Shown in pieces: positions 31,496-40,185 of a stretch of DNA of 64,000 nucleotides; within the stretch, counting starts at the first letter, position 1, and each line of letters begins with the position of its first letter. Source of the stretch: an uncultured Actinomycetota bacterium. Lineage in GTDB: Bacteria > Actinomycetota > Actinomycetes > Actinomycetales > Dermatophilaceae. The position numbers were made by a program, and so were the translations under genes. The stretch spans positions 64,352 to 128,351 of the forward strand of contig CAWGWN010000003.1 of the NCBI GenBank assembly GCA_963826375.1, in the 5' to 3' direction. The notes under the pieces are model-generated. The model was given only the letters and a program-made list of their open reading frames with translations. It did not search any database and was not told where the DNA came from.

Positions 31496-31993
31496 TCAGG
31501 CCTGCGAACCCGCGATCCTGCGCTGGCGAAGGCTGATGTCTGCGCACTCGACGCAGACCTCCTCGGGCACCAGCCCCAGGCGCATGAGCGCGGAGAACAT
31601 GAGACAGCCCGCGCAGATGCCGAGCAGCGACTCGAGCGCGGGGAAGACCACCATGACGACGCCCAGCCCGACCATCAGCGGGTAGGCGGCCCCGGTGACC
31701 CAGAGGGCCACGATGGCGGCACTCATGACGAGTCCGATCGTCGCGGCGAACCGCTTGGGCGGTCCCGCGGTGGGACGGGTGGCCGCTGGCACGCGCGGGC
31801 GCACCCACCGGGTGACCGTGAGGGCGATCGGGCTCACCTGCGGCCCGACGCCCGCCCGGAGGGTGAAGTCGGCCAGCAGGACGAGGTAGAGCCACCAGGA
31901 GCCGGACGCCAGCGCGACGGTGGTGAGAACGAGAACGACGGCCGCGATCAGACGCACTGAGACGTCGTCGACGACCCGCGGGAAGCGGCTCAT
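31496..31993 (-). CDS. DUF4395 membrane protein
   Basis: FPRVVDDVSVR, PKRFAATIG, LES..GICAGC and a C-terminal CxxC. Confidence 0.85.
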   Translation of the reverse strand: MSRFPRVVDDVSVRLIAAVVLVLTTVALASGSWWLYLVLLADFTLRAGVGPQVSPIALTVTRWVRPRVPAATRPTAGPPKRFAATIGLVMSAAIVALWVTGAAYPLMVGLGVVMVVFPALESLLGICAGCLMFSALMRLGLVPEEVCVECADISLRQRRIAGSQA

Positions 31994-32075
31994 GTGGGGT
32001 ACAGCACTCGGGCACGGCCACATCATTCCCCGCCGCGCCGATATCTCACCATCCGGGCAGCGTCGAGCGCGCCGG

Positions 32076-33185
32076 TCAGTCGCGCCAGAGCATGACGACC
32101 GCCCGGTCGTCGCTCTCGCCGTCGATGGCGGTCGCGGACAGCCGCTTGGCGCCCCCGGTGAACCCCTTCGGCACGAGGCGCTCAGCCGCCCCGAGCATCC
32201 GGTCCACCCCGGCGGTCAGGTCACGGTCGCGCGTCTCGATCACCCCGTCCGTGTAGAGGATCAGCGCGTCCCCCCGGTCGAGCTGCCCTGTGCCGCGGAG
32301 GTATGCCGCGTCGGGGATGACGCCGAGCAGCGGTCCGGAGCTCTCGCTGAGCAGGAGCCAGCTGCCCGACCCGCCGAAGTACTGCGCCGGTGACGGGTGT
32401 CCGGCGTTGCCGAAGGTGAACTCACCGGTCACCAGGTCGATGGACAGGTGCACCGCGGTGGCGAACCCTTCGGCCCAGTTCTGCCGCACGAGATAGGAGT
32501 TCGCTGCTCCGAGAAAGCGCTCCGGTGTCGTCTCACCGAGCAGGCCACCGAGAGCACCCGACAACAGGAGGGAACGCGTCCCCGCCTGGAGGCCCTTGCC
32601 CGAGACATCCACCAGGACGACCTCGAACCACCGCTCACATCCGGACCGGGTCGCCACGACGAAGTCCCCGGAGAAGGACTGTCCGTAGGCGGACTCGACG
32701 GACGCCTCCACATGCCACCGAGGGGGCAGCTCGGGCAGCTCACCGAACGCCCGCAGCCGGTCGCGCAGGTCGACGAACATCGACTCGCCGCTATGGCCTT
32801 GGACGCCCAGCCTGGCCCGCGAGCGGGCCGTCGACAGCATGATGAACGCGACGAGGCCGATCGCCGTGAAGGCGAGCCAGGAGGCCGGGGTGTTGATCCG
32901 CTGGAACGTGTCGACCGACAGCTCGATGAAGTAGGTCGCGCTGACGAGGATCAGCCAGCGCGGGGTCAGGAAGAGACCCGCCAGCAGGATCAGTGGCGCG
33001 TAGGCGCACGGAGGCACCCATCCGGGGGCGTAGGCGAGGGCGGCGAAGAGAGCCACCCCCAGCACGACGAGCCCCGCCGCCCGCACCGGCAGGGAGACGT
33101 ACCAGCGCCGGGCCCGGCTGCCCCGCAGTGCGCGGGGCAGCAGGCTCGCGGGCCGCTGTCGTCGGCGACTGCTTGACGTCCGCAT
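32076..33185 (-). CDS. Membrane-anchored PP2C/SpoIIE-type phosphatase
   Basis: N-terminal TM helices; SGDF, DVSGKG, NAGHP, YTDGV and DDRA. Confidence 0.9.
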   Translation of the reverse strand: MRTSSSRRRQRPASLLPRALRGSRARRWYVSLPVRAAGLVVLGVALFAALAYAPGWVPPCAYAPLILLAGLFLTPRWLILVSATYFIELSVDTFQRINTPASWLAFTAIGLVAFIMLSTARSRARLGVQGHSGESMFVDLRDRLRAFGELPELPPRWHVEASVESAYGQSFSGDFVVATRSGCERWFEVVLVDVSGKGLQAGTRSLLLSGALGGLLGETTPERFLGAANSYLVRQNWAEGFATAVHLSIDLVTGEFTFGNAGHPSPAQYFGGSGSWLLLSESSGPLLGVIPDAAYLRGTGQLDRGDALILYTDGVIETRDRDLTAGVDRMLGAAERLVPKGFTGGAKRLSATAIDGESDDRAVVMLWRD

Positions 33186-33268
33186 CCCTGGAACCCTATG
33201 CCGTGGTGCGGGCTCCCGGGCTGCCATTTGACGAAGACCTGACAGCCGTGGGGTCCGTCTCGTCGTCC

Positions 33269-33736
33269 TCAGCGGGGGTCCGGCAGCGTTCCGTTCGCCT
33301 CGTACTGCGTGACCATGGCCAGCCGGCGGGCGTGCCGCTCCTCGCCGCTGAAGGGTGTCTCGAGGAAGACGTCGACGATCGCCCGCGCGTCGTCCGCCGA
33401 GGTGAAGCGGCCGCCGATCGAGACGACCTGCGCGTCGTTGTGCTCCCTCGCGAGCCGGGCGAGCTCAGGAGAGCCAGCGAGCGCGGCGCGGATGCCGGTC
33501 ACCTTGTTGGCCGCCATCTGCTCGCCGTTGCCCGAGCCGCCGAGCACGACGCCGCGTGACTCGGGGTCCTGCGACACGGCGTGCGCCGCCCGGAGCACCG
33601 CCACGGGGTAGTCGTCCTCGGCGTCGTAGCGGTGGGGACCGTGGTTGGTCACCTCGTGTCCGGACTGCTCGAGGTGGGCGATGAGCGCCACCTGCAGCTC
33701 GTATGCCGCGTGGTCGCCGCCGATGTGGACGCGCAT
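33269..33736 (-). CDS. rpiB: Ribose-5-phosphate isomerase B
   Basis: GGDHAAY, GGSGNGEQMAANK, REHNDA and RHARR. Confidence 0.95.
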   Translation of the reverse strand: MRVHIGGDHAAYELQVALIAHLEQSGHEVTNHGPHRYDAEDDYPVAVLRAAHAVSQDPESRGVVLGGSGNGEQMAANKVTGIRAALAGSPELARLAREHNDAQVVSIGGRFTSADDARAIVDVFLETPFSGEERHARRLAMVTQYEANGTLPDPR

Positions 33737-33979
33737 GGGTGTGCTCCTCGAAGTGGTCAGGCGAAGGTCGGACGTTCGGTGCGGCCCGGCTGCAGCCCGA
33801 GGAGACCGGCCACCGCGGCAGCGGGTGTCGGGCTCGGCGCGCGTACGTCGAGACGGTGCGCGGGCCTCATGCCCGGCATCCTCTCACCGGCGCGGGTGGC
33901 CCTCGCGCGGTGGGTTCCTTTCGGCTATGCGTGCGATCATGGCGGGCGTCCACCCCGACACCCCCCAGGAGTGAAGCCT

Positions 33980-36567
33980 GTGCCCGGCACCAACCTGACC
34001 CTCGACGAGGCCACCACGCGCGCTGCGTCGCTGTCCGTCTCCAGCTACGACGTCGTCCTCGACCTCACCACCGGCGATCGGACCTTCGACACCAGCACCA
34101 CGGTGCGCTTCAACTCGACGACGCCGGGCGCGGAGAGCTTCATCGACTTCATCGGGGACGAGGTGCGCTCCATCACCCTCAACGGCCAGCGGCTCGACCC
34201 GGCTGCGCACTGGCACGACTCCCGCATCTCGCTGCCCGGCCTGGCCACGGACAACGAGCTCGTCGTCGAGGCCACCGGCCTCTACACGAACACCGGCGAG
34301 GGCATGCACCGCTTCGTCGACCCGGTCGACGAAGAGGTCTACCTCTACAGCCAGTTCGAGGTCCCGGACTCGCGGCGGGTGTATGCCGTCTTCGAGCAGC
34401 CCGACCTCAAGGCCACCTTCGCCTTCACCCTCACGGTGCCCGAGCACTGGACCGTGCTGTCCAACCAGCCGTCTCCGGAGCCGACCGAGGCCGAGGAGCG
34501 GAACGGCATCCGGACCCGGACGTGGGCGTTCGAGCCGACGCCACGGATGAGCTCGTACATCACCGCTCTCGTCGCGGGGCCCTACGTGGGCGTCCACGAC
34601 GAGGTGGCGACCCGCAACGGCTCGCTGCCGCTGGGGATCTATGCGCGCAAGTCGCTGATCGAGCATGTCGACGCGGAGAACATCTTCGACGTCACCAAGC
34701 GCGGGTTCACCTTCTTCGAGGAGGAGTTCGACTGCGCCTACCCGTTCGCGAAGTACGACCAGGTGTTCACGCCGGAGTACAACGCTGGGGCGATGGAGAA
34801 CGCGGGGCTGGTGACCATCACCGAGATCTACGTCTTCCGCAGCAAGGTCACCGACACCATCGTCGAGCGCCGCGCGCTGACCATCCTCCACGAGATCGCG
34901 CACATGTGGTTCGGCGACCTCGTGACGATGACCTGGTGGGACGACCTCTGGCTCAACGAGTCGTTCGCCGAGTGGGCCTCGACCGTGGCGCAGTCCGAGG
35001 CGACCCAGTGGACCGACGCCTGGACGACGTTCCAGAGCCACGAGAAGACGTGGGCCTACCAGCAGGACCAGCTCCCCTCGACCCACCCGGTCTACGCGGA
35101 CATCCAGGACCTCGAGGACGTCCTCATCAACTTCGACGGGATCACCTACGCCAAGGGCGGCTCGATCCTCAAGCAGCTCGTGGCCTACGTCGGCCGCGAG
35201 GCGTTCGTGGACGGGCTGCGTTCGTACTTCCGGAAGTACGCCTGGGGCAACACGCGGTTCGCCGACCTGCTGGCCGAGTTCGAGGCGAGCTCCGGCCGCG
35301 ACCTGTCGACGTGGTCACAGGTCTGGCTCAAGACCGCCGGCGTCAACACGATCGAGATCGAGGTCGAGACCGACGAGCAGGACGTCATCACCGCCGCGAC
35401 CGTCGTCCAGACGGCGACCACCGCCTACCCCACCCTGCGGCCGCACCGCCTCGCCGTCGGGCGCTACGACCTTCGCGATGGGCGGCTCGTGCGCACCGGG
35501 CGCCACGAGCTGGACCTCGTCGGCGAGCGCACCGAGGTGACCGAGCTGGTCGGGCTCCCGCGGCCTGACCTGCTCCTGGCCAACGACGACGACCTCACCT
35601 ACGCCAAGCTGCGCTTCGACGAGCGGTCGCTCGCCACCGCGCTCGCGCATGCTCCGGCCTTCGCCGAGAGCCTCCCCCGGTCGCTCGTCCTCGGGGCGTT
35701 CTGGGAGATGGTCCGCGACGGTGACCTCGCCGCCAGGGACTTCATCCCCCTGCTGCTGGACTGCGCCGAGGTCGAGCACCACTCGACGGTGCTGCGCACG
35801 ATCCTCACCACGACGAAGCAGATCCCCGCCCAGCTGGGCACCGCGGCGGCGGCGTACTGCGCTCCGCAGCACCGGGCCGCAACGCTGCGGGTGGTGGCCG
35901 AGCGCCTCGGCGCGATGGCCGAGTCGGCTGAGCCCGGCACGGACCGGCAGTTCCAGCTGGTCGGCGCCTTCGCCAAGGTCGCGCACAGCGAGGCCGACGT
36001 CGCCCGCATCCGGGCCGCCTTCGACGGATCCCAGCCCTACCCGGGGCTGGAGGTCGACCAGGACCTGCGCTGGCATCTGCTGACCTCCCTCGCCGCGGCA
36101 GGAGCAGCCGGGGCGGCGGAGATCGACGCGGAGCTGGAGCGGGACAACACGACGAACGGCCGCGAGCACGCCTTCTTGGCCATGGCGGCTCGTCCGACGG
36201 CCGAGGCCAAGGCGGAGGCCTGGCGGCTGGCCGTCGAGGAGGAGGGGCAGCCCAACTCCGTCGTCGTGGCCCTCGGGAACGGCTTCAACCGGGCGCACGA
36301 CCCTCAGGCGCTGCTCTCGGACTATGTGGCGAAGTGGCATGACGCCCTCGTGCCGATCTGGCAGACGAGGTCCGCCGCCATCCGAGAGCGGTTCGTCAAG
36401 TACTTCTACCCTTCAGCCTCGTCGGGCCGGAGCTCGCGGCCGCCACGGAGCAGTGGCTGGACGCGAACCCGGACGCCCCCACCGCGCTGCGGCGGCTCGT
36501 CGGCGAGCACCTGGACACGGTCCGGACCGGCGTCCGGGCGCAGGAGGTAGACGCCAAGCGTGACTGA
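33980..36567 (+). CDS. pepN: Aminopeptidase N with a -1 frameshift at about 36410; true C-terminus ends at 36567
   Basis: GAMEN, HEIAHMW..E and ITYAKG; TAC CC TTC AGC lacks one base, and adding it gives YPFSLVGPELAAATEQWLD...VDAKRD* overlapping the mscS start. Confidence 0.93.
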
Positions 36568-37552
36568 CCTCGTCGCTCGTGCTGCGCCGACCGCGTCGGC
36601 GCTCCCGGGGCTTCCGGCGCTGCGCGTGGTGTGGGACGTCGTCCGGGAGGCGTGGGACACGGCCGGCGGCGCCGTCATCCTCATCGCCCTCACCCTGCTC
36701 GGGGCGGTCGTCCTGCGCTGGCTGGCCAACCGGCTCATCTCTCGGATGATCGCCACGGCGACGGCCCGCAGCGATGCCCGGCTGGCCCAGACCCCGAACC
36801 GGGCTGGGCGGGTGCTGGCCGACGTGACCGGGCTGGCCCACGCCCGGCACGTCCAGCGGACGACGACGATGGGCGCCATCCTGCGCAGCATCACCACCTT
36901 CGTCGTCTTCGGCATCGCCGCCCTCACCGTGATGTCGATCATCGGCCTCCCGCTCGGCCCACTGCTGGCCTCTGCCGGCGTCGGCGGGGTCGCCCTCGGG
37001 TTCGGTGCCCAGTCGCTCGTCAAGGACTTCCTCTCGGGCGTCTTCATGATCATCGAGGACCAGTACGGCGTCGGCGACGTCGTCGACACCGGATCGGCCA
37101 CCGGCACCGTCGAGGACGTGACGTTGCGGATCACCAAGGTGCGCGACGCCAACGGCGTGGTCTGGTACGTGCGCAACGGCGAGATCCTGCGGATCGGCAA
37201 CAAGTCGCAGGGATGGTCGGTGGCCCAGGTCGACATCCAGGTGGGCTTCGGCGAGGACGTCCCGCGGGTGACCCGCCTGCTCACCGACGTCGTCACCTCG
37301 ATCGGCGCGAGCGAGCAGTGGCGCGCCGTCGTCCTCGAGCCGGCCTCGGTGGTCGGGATCGAGTCGATGTCCGGCGGCTACGTCACGCTCCGCGTGCGCG
37401 TCAAGTGCGTGGCGAACGAGAACTTCGGCGTGCAGCGCGAGATCCGCGAGCGGGTCAAGGCGGCCTTCGACGAGGCCGGGATCGTCGTGCCGCTGCTCCC
37501 GCCCATGCCGCCATACAGCGGTGGCCCCACGGTCGCTGGCCCGCCCGCCTGA
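36560..37552 (+). CDS. mscS: Small-conductance mechanosensitive channel family protein
   Basis: GVALGFGAQSLVKDFLSG..EDQYGVGD..GTVE..LRIT..NG.I. Confidence 0.9.
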   Translation: MTDLVARAAPTASALPGLPALRVVWDVVREAWDTAGGAVILIALTLLGAVVLRWLANRLISRMIATATARSDARLAQTPNRAGRVLADVTGLAHARHVQRTTTMGAILRSITTFVVFGIAALTVMSIIGLPLGPLLASAGVGGVALGFGAQSLVKDFLSGVFMIIEDQYGVGDVVDTGSATGTVEDVTLRITKVRDANGVVWYVRNGEILRIGNKSQGWSVAQVDIQVGFGEDVPRVTRLLTDVVTSIGASEQWRAVVLEPASVVGIESMSGGYVTLRVRVKCVANENFGVQREIRERVKAAFDEAGIVVPLLPPMPPYSGGPTVAGPPA

Positions 37553-37571
37553 GCACCACCCCACGAGCCGG

Positions 37572-37958
37572 TCAAGGCGCCGGCTCCTCCTCGAGCTGGT
37601 TCACCAGCGAGTATGCAGCGCGAGTGAGGTAGTCCCGCAGCGCCTCGTCGTGCGCGGCGTCGAGGCCGAGCGAGTCGACGGCCGCGAGCATGTGGGTCAG
37701 CCAGCGGTCCCGCTGGGTGGGCGTCACCGCGAACGGGTGGTGGCGCATCCGCAGCCGGGGGTGCCCTCGCTCCTGCGAGTAGGTCGTCGGACCGCCCCAG
37801 TACTGCTCGAGGAAGCCGCGCAGCCGGTCCTCCGCCGGACCGAGGTCCTCGTCCGGGTAGAGCGCCCGCAGCTGCGGGTCCCCAGCCACCCCGACGTAGA
37901 ACTCGTGAACCAGCTTGGCGAATACCGGGTGTCCACCCACCTCGTCGAAGAACGTCAC
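37572..37958 (-). CDS. glbO: Group II truncated hemoglobin
   Basis: FFDEVGG, FY..V..D..L, FLEQYWGGP, HPRLRMRH and WL..M. Confidence 0.93.
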   Translation of the reverse strand: MTFFDEVGGHPVFAKLVHEFYVGVAGDPQLRALYPDEDLGPAEDRLRGFLEQYWGGPTTYSQERGHPRLRMRHHPFAVTPTQRDRWLTHMLAAVDSLGLDAAHDEALRDYLTRAAYSLVNQLEEEPAP

Positions 37959-38027
37959 CCTGCCATCCTCGCATCCCGGGGTGGAACGGATTTGCACCAG
38001 ATTTCCGGAACCACCACCCTTGGTCGC

Positions 38028-39788
38028 GTGACTCAGACCTCCACCGCCCCTGCCGTGGCCGCACTCCCCCCCCTCGACGCGAGTGCCTGGTGGCGACACG
38101 CCGTGATCTACCAGATCTACCCGCGCTCCTGGGCCGACAGCGACGGCGACGGTGTCGGTGACCTGCCCGGGATCACGGCCCGGCTGGGATACCTCAAGGA
38201 CCTCGGGGTCGACGCGGTCTGGCTCTCCCCGTTCTTCACCTCACCGCAGGCTGACGCGGGCTACGACGTCGCGGACTACCGTGCCGTCGACCCCCGCTTC
38301 GGGGACCTCGAGGACGCCGACCTCCTCATCGAGACCGCCCACGACCTGGGCATCAAGGTCATCATCGACCTCGTCCCGAACCACTCCTCGGACGAGCACG
38401 CCTGGTTCCAGCAGGCTCTGGCGGCAGCGCCCGGGTCTCCCGAGCGGGAGCGCTACATCTTCCGCGACGGGCTCGGCCCGGACGGCGAGCTGCCCCCGAA
38501 CAACTGGAAGTCCGTGTTCGGAGGGCCCGGCTGGACCCGGGTCCCCGCCCCGGACGGACCGGGCCAGTGGTACCTGCACCTCTTCGACCGCAAGCAGCCC
38601 GACTTCAACTGGGACAACCCCGAGGTACGCGCGGAGTTCGAGGCCGTGCTGCGCTTCTGGCTCGACCGCGGAGTCGACGGCTTCCGCGTCGACGTCGCCC
38701 ACGGGCTGGTCAAGGAGGCCGGCTTGCCGGACTGGGACGAGGAGCAGAAGATCCTCGGGGGCATCGGGGACCTCGGCGCGACATCCGGCGAGCACCTGTC
38801 CATCGACGCCGACGAGCGGGAAGGCCGGCCACGGCCGCCGATGTGGGACCAGGACGGCGTCCACGAGATCTACGAGGCCTGGCGCGAGATCCTCAACTCC
38901 TACGGGAGCCCCGACCGGATCCTCTGTGCCGAGGCCTGGGTCGAGCCCGTGGAGCGCGCGGTCCGCTACGTCCGCCCGACTGAGATGCACCAGGCGTTCA
39001 ACTTCGACTTCCTGGAGTGCGGCTGGGACGCGGCCCGGCTCGTCACGGTGATCGACCACTCGCTGTCGGCAGCAGAATCGGTAGGCGCCCCGAGCACCTG
39101 GGTGCTGTCCAACCACGACGTGGTCCGGCACGCCTCCCGGCTGGGACTGCGTCAGGACCGGCGCCGGCCCAACGGGATCGGTCCGGGCGACGTGCAGCCC
39201 GACGGTGAGCTCGGCCTGCGCCGGGCTCGAGCGGCGACCGCCCTGATGCTGGCCCTGCCCGGGGCGGCGTACATCTACCAGGGCGAGGAGCTCGGGCTCC
39301 CCGACTCCACAGACATGCCGGACGAGTTCCGTCAGGACCCGACCTTCCTGCGCAGCAACGGCGCCGAGCTCGGTCGCGACGGCTGCCGGGTGCCCATGCC
39401 GTGGACCAAAGATGCGCCCTCGCTGGGCTTCGGGCCGGGCCCCGCGACCTGGCTGCCGCAGCCGGCGAGCTACGCCGACTACGCCGTGGACCAGCAGGCC
39501 GGGAGGGAGGGGTCCACGCTCGAGCTCTACCGCTCGATGCTCGCCCTCCGCAGCGAGCAGCGCCTCGGCGAGGGGTCGCTGCGCTGGCTCGAGGAGTATG
39601 CCGGGCACCCGGACGTCGTGGCGTTCGCCAACGACCGGGCGACCGGACGCTCGATCGGGGTCGTCACCAACCTCGGAGCGGCTCCGCTCGAGCTGCCGTC
39701 GGGAGCGCGGGTGCTCCTCGCCTCGGCCGACCTCCAGGACGGGGCCCTGCCGACCGACACCACGGCCTGGGTGCAGCTGCCCGGCTGA
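38028..39788 (+). CDS. GH13 alpha-glucosidase
   Basis: YQIYPRSW.D, DLVPNH, GFRVDVAH, EAW, NHD and YQGEELG; syntenic with mycobacterial aglA. Confidence 0.93.
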   Translation: MTQTSTAPAVAALPPLDASAWWRHAVIYQIYPRSWADSDGDGVGDLPGITARLGYLKDLGVDAVWLSPFFTSPQADAGYDVADYRAVDPRFGDLEDADLLIETAHDLGIKVIIDLVPNHSSDEHAWFQQALAAAPGSPERERYIFRDGLGPDGELPPNNWKSVFGGPGWTRVPAPDGPGQWYLHLFDRKQPDFNWDNPEVRAEFEAVLRFWLDRGVDGFRVDVAHGLVKEAGLPDWDEEQKILGGIGDLGATSGEHLSIDADEREGRPRPPMWDQDGVHEIYEAWREILNSYGSPDRILCAEAWVEPVERAVRYVRPTEMHQAFNFDFLECGWDAARLVTVIDHSLSAAESVGAPSTWVLSNHDVVRHASRLGLRQDRRRPNGIGPGDVQPDGELGLRRARAATALMLALPGAAYIYQGEELGLPDSTDMPDEFRQDPTFLRSNGAELGRDGCRVPMPWTKDAPSLGFGPGPATWLPQPASYADYAVDQQAGREGSTLELYRSMLALRSEQRLGEGSLRWLEEYAGHPDVVAFANDRATGRSIGVVTNLGAAPLELPSGARVLLASADLQDGALPTDTTAWVQLPG

Positions 39789-39873
39789 CCGTCGTCACGG
39801 CATACCTCGGGTCGCCGGGTGGGCCTGTGGACGACGGCGGCCAAGGTCGCCGGGGCCGCCCTAGCCTCAGGCC

Positions 39874-40185
39874 ATGGCCAGGTACACCTCGTCACCCGAC
39901 GACCTCGAGGTAGCGGCCGGGCAGGTCCGCCGCGACGCGGAGCTGCTGCGGGGGCTCGCCCCCACCCTGGATGCAGCCACCTCCGAGGGGCGCACCGGAG
40001 TGGGGGTGAGCCATCCGCGGCTCGCGCAGGCGGTGGGCGAGCTGGGTCGGGTGGAGAGCGCCGTGCTGCTCGCCCTGGCCGACGCCGCCGAGATCCTCAC
40101 GGCCGGCTTCGCCGGAGCCGCCGAGGACTACCGGGACGCGGAGATCCGCGCCGCCGCGATGATGCGTCCGGGCGGTGGGTCGTGA
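39874..40185 (+). CDS. Small helical WXG100/ESAT-6-like type VII secretion substrate (putative)
   Basis: 103 aa, Ala-rich helices, C-terminal YRDAE (YxxxD/E signal); TAGCCT-N6-ATG. Confidence 0.7.
   Translation: MARYTSSPDDLEVAAGQVRRDAELLRGLAPTLDAATSEGRTGVGVSHPRLAQAVGELGRVESAVLLALADAAEILTAGFAGAAEDYRDAEIRAAAMMRPGGGS

Noticed and set aside
28932-33260. Genomic island integrated at tRNA-Gly
   Set aside because: No integrase and no duplicated tRNA 3' end seen downstream; trmB is a housekeeping gene and composition looks native.
37982-37996. LacI-type operator TGGAACGGATTTGCA before the alpha-glucosidase
   Set aside because: Imperfect symmetry and no LacI gene in the window; plausible but not supportable.
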